64,000 nucleotides of DNA, taken from assembly GCA_900088475.1 (NCBI GenBank), contig FLMG01000516.1, forward strand, positions 62,001 to 126,000, in the 5' to 3' direction. A model generated the notes under the pieces. That model was not told where the DNA came from, ran no database searches, and saw only the letters and a program-made list of their open reading frames with translations. The position numbers and the translations under genes are program-made. Position 1 is the first letter of the stretch. Every line of letters begins with the position of its first letter. Source of the stretch: Hyphochytrium catenoides (Eukaryota > Protista > Hyphochytriomycota). Below, one piece after another: positions 12,780 through 26,291 of this stretch.

Positions 12780-13754
12780 ACCTTTACAGATCGTCAACCT
12801 TTCCCTGTATCACTTGGACATCGGACAAGATAGTCTTAAGTCAGTCGTTTGTGTGTGGTTCTTGCTCTAGCCAGAGCTTCCCGTTGAATAACCTTTCTAC
12901 ATAAGGACATTTTCTCCCATTGAGGTCTTATAAATCTAGCTAAAGCGAGCTATGTCAATGGTTAAATATTATAACCCTAAGCCTATATGCTACTCAGTTC
13001 GAGGAGGTGGGAAGCGATCGCCACACAGGCCAAGCAATGACTCTCAACAGATTGGTGCGCTTGTTACTCTTGATGCTGATAGGAAGGCAGTATCGACGGG
13101 TCAGAATGCATCTCTTGCGGAGAAACAGGTCTTGTGGGTGGAACTTCGTTCTCCGATCAATATAGATAGCGCCCAACGAGCTCCCTCATGCCTTTGCTCC
13201 TCAAGGCAAACAGCTCCCTCCAGGACTCATCTCTCCGCCGATAGCGGCCATCTTTCATCTCAAGCAAGCTAAGCTGCTCTTCATTATGATGATATCACCT
13301 GCCTCCAACAGCTGTAACAGCCCTCTGACCTCCGACCCCAATATTGCAAGCTCTCACACCGCACTTGCTTCATTCTTTACTTAAGGGGCCTGGTGGGATG
13401 TTCTTGTCGGCTTTGGCATCTCACATTGCTGCTTTACTTCCCGCAGCCGCAGCCATCAGTAGCCGTACAAGATACGCAGTCCAGACTTTATATCAGCAGA
13501 CACTTTAGACTCCAGCCCGACTTTATTGCAGCCGTAGCAGCAGGAGCCCTTCTGGACCCCATCAATACTATCGTCAATCCAAACCCTACTGCTTGCTCTC
13601 ACACCGTACGGCTCGTTGTTGAGTACTGACCACTACTCACTCTTCACTTGAACAGTGATGTGCTGCTGCTCTGCTGCTAGAGCAATGCTAGAGCAGCAGC
13701 AGCTGATCAAACTCTGGCGGCATGCTCGCTGGGAAATTTGAGACTAACGCTGTG

Positions 13755-14000
13755 GCTGCTGCCGCTGCTGCTGCTGCTAGTAGCTGGCTCTACTCCTGGT
13801 GCCTGCTGCTGCTGCCGCCGCTGCTGCCGCTTCGGCCCCTCCCTCCTGGTGCTTTCTGCTGGTGCTGCTAGTTCTAACTGCGGCTGCTACTGCTGCTGCT
13901 GCTGCTGCCGCCGCTGCTACCGCCGCTGCTGCCGCTTCGGGCCCTCCCTCCTGCTGCTTCTGCTGGTCCTGCTAGCTGCGGCTGCTACTGCTGAGGAGGA
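13755..14000. repeat. CTG/CCG-rich low-complexity tract with an internal ~100-bp imperfect tandem duplication
   Basis: ccgccgctgctgccgcttcgg(c/g)ccctccctcctg(g/c)tgctt...tgctag occurs near 13815 and again near 13920. Confidence 0.8.
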
Positions 14001-14770
14001 GGAGAAAAATGATGAAGATGAAGTAACAAGAGGAGCATCTGTAACCCCTTTCCCAGTAACCAGATCAGATTGGCTGATTCAGGCCTCGATAACTGAATCT
14101 TGCCGTGGATGTGATATGTCTCCCTCTGTATCTTATCTCTTCGCACTCCAGCAGGGGCTTCACCCTTCGACCTGCCGCTGCCCAGCAGCCAGATCAGAGA
14201 AGAACGGAGAACTATGACGAGGAGCGAACATCGAGGAGCTTCGCCAGAGTCTACTGCGCCCTTCTCACGCTTACGTACGGAAGTTCTCCAGCACTAGGAC
14301 CTAGCGGCTTCCATCCTCCGTCCTCCCCTCCTTCCATCCGGGCTATAGAGTTCTCTACAACTCTGTGCAAGCCTGTGAGTGGCTCCTCCTAGTGGTCCAA
14401 ATTCTCTTGGCGAATCTCCCGATCTTCCGACTAGATACTACCGCCAGCCTGTCCTTAGCCTCTAGGTCTCGGGCCGCGGAGATCGAACCCTCAGAATAGA
14501 GCTTTCTAGTTGTGGAGAAGAAGTAAACAGACTGCAAGTAAGCGTAAGGTAGTCCCCAGTCCTCGGGCTCGGTGGCCTGTATGTCGTACAAATTCCTCTC
14601 TAGCTTCTTTCCACGGTTCCAGCAGGGGGTCCAGAACATTCTGGACAATGACCTTGTCAAGCCATTTCTAACGCCTCTCTCTTCAGAAGGTCAGCGTCGC
14701 CACAAGGCCGGACAAGCTGACTCTATTCTTCAATCTCCATTCATCTCTTCTCCATTCCGTGTCATCTGCC

Positions 14771-17030
14771 ATGCTCCAGCCCGGTCACGCGACTGCATTG
14801 GCCTTCGGAAATCTGATCTGATGTCCTATGATGACTTTCCTCTTTGTCACTCTCTCTTCTTACTCTCCCCTTCTCTGTCAGTCTCTCTCTCTCTCTCTTC
14901 TATTCTCTCTTCATTCCGGTCCTCTTTCCCCAGTTCTCTTTCTACAACGTTTGACCGACTCAGAACATCCACCGTCATGCTCATATCTCTGTAGACGTGT
15001 ATGTGTGGAAGGACATCCCCTACAAGGAGCACAGCGACCATGACAAGCACAAACTGGTACGGAATATATTGTCAAGAATTACTGCCTTTGGGCTGGGTGG
15101 CCGGTACATCGGGGGCGAGAGAGGAAGAGATATTGGGAGATATAGAAGAAAGGAGGAAGAAGTGACGACAATCGAAGGTAACAAGCAAACGAAAGAGGGA
15201 GACGGAGGAGGGAAACGGATAGAGAAGTGCAGAGTGTAAACAATATTTCCCTGTCTTCCTCTTCGCCAGGATGTCTACGTCCCGTCCAAGCCGTTCCCCC
15301 GCAAGCCCTCGCCCGTTTGTGTCTTCGTTCACGGCGGATCCTGGATGCGCGGAGACAGGAACTATAACTCGGTGCTCTATAAGAATGTTGGATTAGCCTG
15401 TGCCCGCGCAGGGATCGTAGGAGTGGTCATCAGCTATAGGTTATCCCCTGAGGTATGGTCGAGGGTACAGCTTTAGCAGAAAGAGCTATTGCTTCTCTGT
15501 AGGTTTTCTCTGTGCCTTACTCCCTTGGCGGTTCTAAGTACTCTTCATATCTCTCGACCGCTCCGTCGCCCCATGCTCTACGCACTTGCACCCGCTCTAA
15601 CTTGTTGATCCGATGTCACCTTAGGTCCAGCATCCTGGGCACGTGAATGACGTGAGGTCAGCAACAGAATGGGTAGCGAAGAATGTCTCCAAGGTGCAAG
15701 AACCGGCCCGCCTCCCTCACACACCTTCCTCTCCTGAGCCTTGATCTCTTTATCCCAAGTCTTTTTCAAGCGCTAGCTCTTGCTTGTCAAAATCTCTGGA
15801 AGTCTATAAACAGCTCTGTTTTTCTTCCTGCGTCCCAATCCTGAGAGTCATTGCTCTCCTCTCATACCATTTGACAATTGACCTTTGCCTTTTGGTGTTG
15901 GTACCCCATACTCTAGTGACTGACGGCTGGTTGATTTGGTTGCACGTTTTCTCTCCCTCTCTCGCTCACGCACTCTGTTGCTCTCTCTACCATCCATCTG
16001 TCTCCTTCTCTCTTTCTTCCTCTCTCTCTAATACTAGTACGGTGGAGATGACAAGCGGGTGGTGTTGGCGGGCCATAGTGCGGGCGCCCACCTTGTCTCT
16101 CTTATGCTTTGCGAGGAGCAACTGCCGGACTCTATTCAGCGCTCAGTAAAGGGCTTTGTGGGCATCAGCGGCGTGTATGACCTAATCAGTCTGCAGGACC
16201 GGCTGTCACTAGCCCCGTACATGGTAAGGGATTAACTTACGGCGCCAGGAGGAGGGAGATTGTTACAACGAGAGACAAAAGACCGAGACGAAAAAGGAAA
16301 AGGACTTTAGTCGGGAAGATGACGAAGAGATTGGCGGAACGCCAGCCTGACTAAGTAAAGGTTACCAAGCAACCAAGGAACAGAGAAAGAGGAAGGAGAG
16401 AGATGGTCTGACGGGTTCAGAGAGTATAACAAGATCGCATGTTTGATGTCAAGTCTAGCGACTGTTATAACAGAGAGTCTTGTTCCTCTCTCTCTCTCTA
16501 GATTGGGCCAGTCTTTGGAGAGGAGGTCAAGACTTGGGAAGAGGTGCGTGTGACTGCTGTGGCCTCAGTGCTTCACTGCTTGCCTCGTTCGCCCTATGCC
16601 TCGCCCCTTGCCTCTACTTTTCCACTCATTCTGTCTCTATTCTCTCCAAAGGCTTCACCACTCCACCGGCTGAGGGAGACAGAGCCGCAGAGGAAGATGC
16701 TAATAGATAGGATTCCTGTGCTTCTCTTAACTGGCGAAGAGGAATGGGGTCTTGAAGAGCATTCTGTGGCGATGGATCGCGTGCTGAGGGAAAGAAGGAA
16801 AGGCGAAGAGTCAAGGGTGGGTGGATTCGAAAACTGTGTTACCCGGTTAAGCTGGGCCATCCTAGCTCTCCTTTAACTTACTGGCGGTCTTTCTTCTCTG
16901 TCAGGCGCCCGTGATGAAGGAGATTATCCGCCGCCGCAATCATATCTCTGTGATCACCTCCGTCGGACAGGAGCAAGATGACGCCACACGGTTCCTGACA
17001 GAGTTCTGTCACTCCATAGCCGAGGACTGA
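14771..17030 (+). CDS. Alpha/beta hydrolase, HSL/BD-FAE-type esterase (kynurenine formamidase or prenylcysteine methylesterase-like), about 8 exons
   Basis: Manual GT-AG splicing gives ...KHKL|DVYVP...CVFVHGGSW...SYRLSPE|VQHPGHVNDV...|YGGDDKRVVLAGHSAGAHL...GISGVYDL...|...ASP...LLTGEEE...|...RRNHISVI...AED-TGA(17028). The start exon 14771-14783 is tentative. Confidence 0.88.
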
Positions 17031-18009
17031 GACCTGTTGATCCTTGATTCTCTCTAGTCCCTTTCCCTCCGTATTCTGGCTAGTGTCCCATCAGCTAGTT
17101 CTCGACCATGGGATGCTGGGCTTAGGAAGGAGAAAAGAGCGGAATGGCTGCGCGACCATAGATAGAGAATCTTTCCGTCAATTCTGACAGACTCGACTTC
17201 TCCTTCAGTGAGACCAAGTATAGATCTTTCTTCTGTCTGTCTCTCTACTTTCTTTTTGAAACCACCAATTTTGCGGACGAACTGTACCACTTTTCCTTGG
17301 CCAGCCTGAGAGGTGGAGACGGTAAGCGACGGCCGGAGCGGATATGGCGATGCCGGCAAGCAAGCTAAGCTGCGGAATAATAAACTTCCTGTGCGCGGCA
17401 TCGCTCTGCGTTTCCTGTTTGTTTCTAAAGTTCTGCATGGTTCCCACACCGATGAAGAGAGGCAAGTAGATCAGTTGAGAAGGCAGAGGGACACTATGGT
17501 CATCATGACTAACCAGAGTGAAGGCTGAGAGATAATGAAGATGCCCTAGTAATCAGTGAGTTGTGAGCTTGTTTCCAACTCACTCCGCAGCCAGCGTAGA
17601 ACAAAGGATAAGAGGACCTGCACAAGGGCATCCCTCTGCAATTCTCTTCCTTCCTTGTACGCTTGGTCTTCCGATCTTAGCTCGAAACAATCGCTATAAT
17701 ACTCAGCTTTCCTGTCGTCTCTACCCTCTACTCCTCTCATCACTATCTTCGTCTAGGATCCGCGTCTCTAGGATATCTAATAGTAGGAAACAAATGCTCT
17801 GCTAGTTGGGATCTGACTCTTACGCGACATGTTCAGCTTCTCTGAACTATATTTGTACTGGGAGGACGGCGAAGTGGTCCTTTCACTCTTTTTGGCCAGA
17901 GCAGCCTCTTTCTTCCTTACTCACACTCTCTATTCATGCCCCTGGTCTCTCTTTAACGCGTCAACTAGGCATCTTTTTGAAGATATAGAGGTGCAGAACG
18001 ATAGCCTCT

Positions 18010-21000
18010 TTATTTATTCTTCACCACGGCAGGCGCCACCATGAAGGTGAAGACGTTACCCTGTTTCAAAATGGGAGAGGCTCTGTGTCTGGCTCTCTTC
18101 CTCGTGAGAATGATCTCTCTGATGTCCTCCACCAGCACCTTGTTGATTTCATGGAAGCTGTGACGCATGCTGTGGATGTTCTGGTCCAGCCACGTCGTGT
18201 CCATCACGTCCACATCTAAGTACTTTCTCCTCAATAACACCGAAGAACAAACTCCTTTTTGGCTGAAAATGCGCCGGTGTTGAAAGCCATACTTGGTACC
18301 ATCAGCGTGATAGATGTCGGCGTCGTCAGTGATAATATCCTCAATGCCGAGGATCGTACCGTCGTTCTCTCTCTCTCGCTCTTGCTCTTTCTCATTCGCT
18401 GTTCCTCTTTTATCGCGGGCCATGAGCAGCTTGTTAATCGCTACTATCTGATCTCCTCCATGAGCTTCTCTCTCTTCACTTTTCCTGTCTGTCATCTTAT
18501 AGATCTCATACAGATGTCGGCCTAGAGAACGAGAGACCTTGTCTCGCAATACTCTGGCGACCAACTCTCCTCCTGAGAGGGCGAAGTCCTTGGTATCGCC
18601 GTAGATGGAGATGTGACGGCAGTAGCGGCGTAGAGAGTCATAGTCCTTAGAGACAAACTGCTCTAGACTATAGTCTGGGTTCAGAAGAATGACTGAATCG
18701 AGCGAAATCTGGCGAGATGAGCTGGTGAAGGTAGTTGAAGACGAAGAGCTTCCGTCTCTGGTCCTGAAGACTTCTTCAAAGCTTTGCAGAGCGTTAAAGA
18801 AGAGTCTTGCGCCCCTGAATGGCAGGAAGAGGGACACGACATAGCAGTAAAAATTAGCTCGGTCCGTACGAGGGTGTAGCAACTGAGAGTAAGGTGACGG
18901 CGAACTAACGAGCTCAGTCAGAGTCTGAAAGTGGACACAGATGATAGGGGACATGCATAAAACGCAAGCCAGAACCACAGAGAGAGAGAGAAGAGAGAGA
19001 CCAGAGAGGAGACAGAGACGGCGCGCGAGAAAAAAATTGACAGAGAAAGAGAGGAGCAAGCAGTGGCCAGAAAGAGAGAGCAGGTAAGAGCAGAAGATGG
19101 CAGAGACAGAGCAGAGTGGAAGAAGAGCGCAAGTGAAAGAAGTAAGGGAGATAATGTTTGGTCGCACAGCAGCATCGCAGCGGATATCACAGATGCCAGA
19201 CATTATAGAAAAGGCGCGGAAGAGAGGGAAAGGGCCTTACATGCTGTGAGAAAGGATGTGCACGGAAGTTATGCCGCCCAGCGCCAGTGACTGCAACAGA
19301 TCTATGAAGTGAGCTCTTGATGTCTCGCCCTCACACATCCGCAGCGCCCAGTGGTAGGTCAGAGGCGTGCCGCTGGGCCAGCTGAAGACGACAGGTACTA
19401 TATACGGAGGATAGTCCCCCAGCGTCACCATTTGAGCGATGCGCGTCGCTGCATTGTCGGTAGAAGAGTTATATCCAGGAATAAAGATCAGCGCGGTTAA
19501 GTCATTCCTCGACTTTTTCTTCCAGCCTTGAATCTGAAGCTTTCCACCGATGGCGGCCTCTAGGTCTCTCTCAGCTTCTCTCTCTTTTCCTGCGGCTCCT
19601 CGCTCTGTCTGTTCCTCAATGGAAATTACGACGCTCTTGGGCGGAGAAGTCTTGCTTCCTTCTGCTTGTTCATGGCCTGCGATGAGTAGCCCATGGTTGC
19701 AGGGATCCACCTGGATCTCCACGCTCTCTTGGTGCTTCTCATGGAGTAGGAAATCTAACGGGGTGACCACGGAGGCCACAGCGTCTGCTACTCGAAGAGA
19801 CGGGGACGGAAGAAGGATGTACCGGACACTGGGAAGAAATTTAAAGAACTGTCCCGAGACAGAGCACTCTACGCTAGCCACTCCCACATGTAGGCCATTA
19901 GGATGATATGCCGGGAACGTCCACGTAGAAGCATTGTCTTTCTCTTGGCGATCATGCACGACCAGCACACGTACGGCTTTGAAAGAGTAGCCCGTCCCAT
20001 ACTCTCTGCTAAGGAACGGCGCGACAGGGATTCCATGGTCCCACATTCCTCTCAGCACCTCTCCGTGGTAGCTACTCTCTTCCCACTGCCCATAGCCGTG
20101 CGGTCTTCTCTCTCTGTCAACTCCTCCCCGGTAGGAAATGAGACGTCGAGCCTTCAAGCCGCACCAAGCCCTCGAAAGGTAGGATATCTCATTGGGAGTG
20201 CGGCCTTGGCGTAGGTTGAACCACCAGTTGGCACTGAGCTTGTTTGTCCGCACGAGGAAAGGGTAGAAGGAGTGCGTGGTGAGATAGGCGAGTAGAGTGA
20301 TGAACTCGAGAGAGAGAACCGCAGTCCAGACGACGTCTCTCCATTGATTGTACTCTTCGCTGGAGAGAGGAAGTTTGGAGGAGGACAAGTCGTAGTAGAA
20401 GAGGCCCGTCACTTGGTCTGTTGCCACGAACATCACAATCCAGGCCATCACAATCCTAAACGAAGAGAGAGAGGGAGAGAGAAAGAGAAGAAGAAGTAAG
20501 CGACAACAGTCCTAGCTGGACACACACAAATAAACAGGGCAGAGAAAGAAAGTGAGAACATGGGACAGGCGCTTTGAGCGGAAAAGAGATGAGCGGTGCA
20601 CTAAAGAAGGATCATAAGTGGGCAGCCCAGAACAAGAAGAAAGATGCCTCTGGAACTTATCAGCATAGCAAATGGAAAGGAAAGAGGAGAAGGAGAGAGG
20701 GAGCGAAAGAGAAGGAACGGGCAGTTAGACGCAGAGAGTTAAGAAAGAAGAGTGGCATTCTTAGTAAGGCAGCGAGACACCCAGGAGAAATGCATGTCAC
20801 GGAAGACAGCGATACACAGGGGGGAACAGAGAGGGACAACCAGGACAAAGAGAGCGACAGAGAGAGAGAGGGAGAGAAAGAGACGTAGAGAGATACACAG
20901 AGAGGGGTGAGAGAGACACAGAGAGGGAGGGGGTGAGAGAGAGAGAGAGACAGACAAACGAGTGAATGTCTCTCGTTTCCCTCAGCCGAAGTGCCTACCA

Positions 21001-21486
21001 GTACAAGCACCACTTGACGACAAGCGCATAGTTGAGATAGAAGTAGATGACGACCACGAAGCCCACTCCCAGACAGAGAATCTCTATAATATTTCGATTG
21101 GAGAACGACACCTCGCGCACCAGCTTGTCCAGCCCCGTCCCCTGTGTGTTATCCTTATAGTTCGTCGTATAGATGATGCCAGCCACAAGCGCTAGAATGA
21201 TAGAGGCGAGGATGAAGTAGGTGACGAACTTTGAGAGCGCAGAGTACTTCTTATACACGCCAAAGTAGCGCCGTTTGATCCTTCGATTTTGCATGTAGGT
21301 GAAGGTCGTGCCATAGTTCCACGATGTGCTACCTTCTGCCGGGCCCGGAGGAGAAGACTTCAACGGCCCGATAAGAGCCAGCGTGCTGTCGCCCTGCTGG
21401 TGGGTGCTGGGTGAAGCGTCTGGTGCCTCTTCTAAGCTTATATAGGGAGCGTTAGAGCGAGGCGAGAGCGGGGCCTCAAGCTCCAT
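18010..21486 (-). CDS. Multi-pass membrane protein with a MORN-like segment and a DUF900-type alpha/beta hydrolase domain (exons 21486-20999, 20455-19241, 18814-18010)
   Basis: N-terminal hydrophobic helices; YRGGVDRERRPHGYGQW...GMWDHGIP; LIFIPGYN and VVFSWPS. The nucleophile elbow ILSHSM|GAR is restored across a GT-AG intron. DFAL and HSFH follow downstream. Confidence 0.85.
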
Positions 21487-24400
21487 TCTTAGAGAAGTAT
21501 GCCCCCTCTTGTCGGGCTCACTGTCCCGCTAGAGCTGTCGCCGGTGACCGGAGTGTGTCTCTCATGCTACGGCGCCGCCGCCAGCATGAAGCTTGTGCCA
21601 ATGGACTCTGAAGAGCTGAAGGCTGGAGGACAGGAGCTTCTGATGCTGCGGAGGCGGGAGATGCTGACGTTTGACCAGCTCTCTAAGCCACATCTCACGC
21701 GCTAATCCTTTCTCTTTCCTCGAGTCGGCTGTCGTCTTTCTCTCCCCTTTCATTCTGTCTTCTCTTTTATTTCTCTCTCTCTCTCTGTCTCTCTGTCTAT
21801 GGTTTACAGTCAATGTATTGGTGTATCTCTTTCTCCCTCTTTCTCTCCTAACTGGCAGCTGTCAACTTCTGTGTCCTTTCAAGCTTCACCTTTCCTCTCC
21901 GCCTCGGGATTGGCAACTATTCTGGAGAAAGATGAACTTTGATTGTATTCAGGAGAAGCCTCATCCTGGTCCCGTATAAATGAAAGCTGTTCGCTGTTAT
22001 TCTGTATACCTTAGCAAATTAGGAATAGATGGACGGATTATCTGGAACATTATCGGGCAGGGCGGCAGGGCAGAGGGACAAAAAGGAAGAAACTCATCAT
22101 CTAGCTCATCAGAGCTGCGGAACGGACGGAGAAGAGAGAGACAACAGGACAAAGGCAAGCAAGTTGCTGACGGGGAGAGAGAAGGAGAGAAAGACAGACA
22201 GAGACACTGGAGGCTTTGCATCAGATTGTGCACGGACCAAGGTGTTAGAGTACATTCATCGACGCAGGGCCAGCTCATGAAGGCGGGACATGGCTGTGGA
22301 CTTTCATTGTTAGACCTGGTAGACCGAAAGTTCTCCCGCTCATGGGCAACCGCAGGCTCCCTCAGGCTCCCCATCCTTGTTGAGAGATGCGCAGGGCCAC
22401 AGAGGACACTTAAGGGCAGAGAAGTGCCCAAGTATTATACGGACTATTAGCAGATAGCTCCTAGAAAAGATTCTCTGAAGACACCACCACCTCCTCCCTC
22501 AGCAGCGTTATCATCTATTGTGACAAGGAATCGTGCAGCTCCTCCTTTTCTGGCGTCAGACTTCTTTCTCTCTTCGCTTCGTGGTAACGCAAGTTAATAA
22601 GCCTCTCCCGTCTCCAACGGTTTGACCTCTTCTTCTTGCTTTTTTCTCAAAGGAGAGGAAGAGGGTAAACAGCAGTAGGAGGGTTAGTCACGTTATGGTT
22701 AGATACCGACTTTTCGGCAGAGGTGTACGACAACGACGCCTCTCCCTCCTGCTGCCCAGCAGAGCCACTGTCTAACGTCCTCCTGGCTAGAGAAAGATAA
22801 TCTAAGGGCTGACGGCTTGCGACCCATTGAAATGCGTAAGTAGGTCCAAGGATTATGCTCCATCCCTCTCGATCATCCCCTGATCCTCGTACATGTGGTC
22901 ACCCTAAGGGCCACAAGTGGCAGGCTTATAGCCTTGGCGATAACCCTAACTAACGACAGAAAAAGATGCATCCGGTTGGCGATTCCGCCACGTCCATGGA
23001 GAGGCATACGATGAGACATATCCCACTAAGTGTTTTTGTTTTTTATAGAGAAACGAGAGCGTACGATAGCGCCTAGGGATAATGGAAAGCAGCTCTCCGC
23101 GTCATCTCGGGCTTATTGTCTGGGACTGAACCATTGCAAGCTCTTCCTCCTCCTTTCAGGGGTGACCAAGGTGCCCAAGACATTCTGCTATACTCTATGC
23201 CCAAGCTCCCCGAGGTCTTCTTCTTCGACCTCTTTGGTAGGCAAAGAAGTATATGCTCTGGTGCTTTCACTCCACCACCCTCCTCTCGATCGATGTCGCG
23301 GCAAGGAGCGCAAGCACTTGATGATCGTGGCTGCAGCCACAAACGTGGGGAATGCAAGAGACCGAAAAGAGATAGATGGACATGCTTGCAGTTCGCAAGA
23401 CGGCAATTGGACTTAGCAAAGCTCTTGATGATATTGTCCGCTGCACACTTCAACAACCTTAGAGCCGTCAGTAGCACCTAAACCTTGAAGGAGGAAGATG
23501 AGGAACGATACTATTTTTGCCATAGTAGAAGCCATCTTCTGCTATGAATGACCTCTCGGCGCCTTCAACCTTTCTCAGAAGTGTAGAGACACCAGGAATC
23601 ATCAGTAAGACAGCAATAATCAAGCCCGCTACCATATTCTTCCCTTCGGACACCGCATGATGAAAGCCAGTAGTAGCTTCCAGCGGCTGCTGTTCATCTT
23701 TATGGTGGCCACTCCTGCCATCAGCATCAAAGTGCTGAAGGACTAGCAATCCCACAGATTTGAATCTTGTGCCCTTTGTCAGACAGTCCAGAATCCTAAT
23801 CGTCTCGTCAAACCGTGGGCCAGTAGTAGTGATAATGGTAGGCTTCTGCTCTTATGCGGTCGTGTCCTCCCTATCCTACAAACCGACTACTTGTCTTCTC
23901 ACACAGACACCCGACCTCCGCCGCACCTACCGGGCACGTAAGAGTTTCGTGACGACGAGAAGCAGCAGCCACAGCATCACAGTGTTTGAATAAAAGTCTT
24001 TTATATATTGTAGAGAGATGTACAATGATCACCATAGCCTCAGCTCTTCCTCCCCTCTATCATCTTCACTTGCAGCAGCATGATGGTGGAAAAGAAGGTA
24101 GGGCAAGACGAGAAGAAGAGGAAAGGGAAGGAACCAGCAGCAGCACTTGATGATGATCTACGCTCAAGAAGCTCTAGCCTCTTCTTCCTCTCCAACGGCC
24201 CTGTTCTTCTTCACCAACCGCTACCCTACGCTTATGCTGCATTATTGTAGCCAGTCTGCTTCAGGAGGACCACCGTCGTCTGAATAAAAAAGAGGGAAAG
24301 AAGAAGGAAGCGAACTCCATGGTGGTGGCGGCGGGTGGAAGGAAGCACCGATGAGAAGATGATGATAATGATGATGAAGCCGTCAGAGTTGTGGCAGTGG

Positions 24401-25614
24401 TGTGGCAACAACGAACACAGAGCGATGAGCCGGATTGGTTGCACAGCAGCAGCAGCCACCCGCCGCCGGACGAAAGAGGAGGACTACTGGCAGACGCTTG
24501 GTCGGTAGTAGATGTGTAAGAAGGGTTGAACTGAGCGGAAGGATTATCATATTCCCCAATATTGGGCTTTCTTCACCTGGGTGAGAAGCTGTGTGCTCGA
24601 TGTTCCTTCTGTCCTTGCGGGATCGATCATGTTCTCTAAAGACAGATTGAAGGCTCTATCACTCCTCCTTCACAGCGGCAGTTGCAAGTAATATTCCATC
24701 CACACTCTCCCCTCTATAAATTATGAAGGAAGCGTTCTGTTCCCATCATCAGCAGAGGCGACAAAAACGCTTTAGAGTACAAAGAACTTGCTAAAGATGA
24801 GACCCCGGCAGTACCACTGCCAGGCTGCTTCCTCGTCCGTTATTCGCCTTACTTGCTGTCAATGGATCTTTTGTCCGTTCTCTTATCCTCCTCTTAGAGA
24901 CGAGGAAACGCCTTACCGTGGACTGTCTTCTTATCTTCCTCGCTGTCTAGTTCTATATGAAGCAGCAGCAGGCACTCTCTGGAGAGCTGATTCAGGAGCT
25001 TTCCTCTGCCTACGACAGCTCGCTGGACAGTCGATTGCATGGATGATGACCGCAGCAGGTTGGCCGTCATCGCTCCTTAGGCCGTGACTGACTGACTTCT
25101 CCTCCTTCTTGACTTGAGAGGTACCAACAGTGCTATTTTCGGATTATTGGTCATGCTTTAGAGCTATACTACAGTCGTACGTGTGAGAAGATACCCTTAG
25201 GGTAGGACTTATTATTATGAACTGGCCAATATTTTTCAATGGCCACACTGTCTAATCTAATGCTCCCGGATAAAACCAAAAAAGCGGCCGTAGACCAACC
25301 GAAAATTCGTGCCAACAAATGACGGACTTCCGACCCAGCGCCAAACACTAATTTAGGAGACCGGACTTTAGTTGCGAGCAGATAGTCCTCGGAAACCCGT
25401 TACTCTACACTAATCAAGCCACAACCGTTGCAGGAATGTGCACCAACCGAAACGCGGCATCACCTCCCAAAGAATGTGGCAGCGCCAGGACACGTTGTCC
25501 TCTGCGACCTATGGGGCTCCAAGCCGGACCCACCGCACACGCAGGAGATCGGATCCTTAGCTTAGGATCCTTCCTGGAGGATGATGGGGCAGACACTTTT
25601 CCTCTTTGTCCCCA

Positions 25615-25890
25615 GAGAGAGAGAGAGAGACAGACAGATAGAAAGGAGACGAGAGAGAGAGAGAGAGNNNNNNNNNNNNNNNNNNNNNNNNNNNNNNNNN
25701 NNNNNNNNNGAGAGAGAGAGAGAGTGAGAGAAGCGAGGAAAAGAGGTTATAAGCAATGGGGAGAAGAGGAAAGAGAGAGACAAAGTGAGACGGAAGAGAG
25801 GCAGAGTGAGACCCGCAGGGAGAGAGGGAGAGAAAGAGTAAAGCAGGGAGAGAAGAGAGACTGGGGGGGAAGAGGAAAAGAGAGAGATAC
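25615..25890. repeat. (AG)n microsatellite-rich tract containing an N gap (25668-25709)
   Basis: Seen directly in the sequence. Confidence 0.95.
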
Positions 25891-26291
25891 AAAGTGAGAC
25901 CATGTAACTCACCACCACCATGACGGCGGTGCCAAGGAGATAAAGCTGTTATTGAACCTTTCTCTCTCTGTTGCTGTCGTGCCAGACAGGACGTCAAGCC
26001 CACACTCATCACCTAGAACTACGGTGGTGATTGATCTGCGTCTGCCATCCTTCACTCTTCTATTTTCCTTCTTGCTGTCTTCCTGCGTGACAACCCATCG
26101 GTGGTTCTTTGACTTCTTCTTCTTCAGCCCTTCTTGGCATTGCCCCTTTGCCCTCCTACTACCTTCAAGTGGTCAAGCCAACAATTAATGCTGCTCCTTG
26201 GTGATAGCTAGTCCTAGCGCGCCATAAACAGTCATCAACTTGAGCTCTGCTGTTCGGTAAGGTCTGGCCGTGTGCTGATCAAGTGTCCAGT

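Noticed and set aside
13738-14217. Cys-rich ORF with an apparent signal peptide
   Set aside because: Explained by CTG/CCG repeats; non-ATG start and no family motif.
14470-14510. tRNA T-loop-like GGTTCGATC on the minus strand (also GGTTCAAGC at ~5235, plus strand)
   Set aside because: T-stems are mismatched and there is no D arm or acceptor stem.
22940-22955. Telomere-like taaccctaac
   Set aside because: Single unit, expected by chance.
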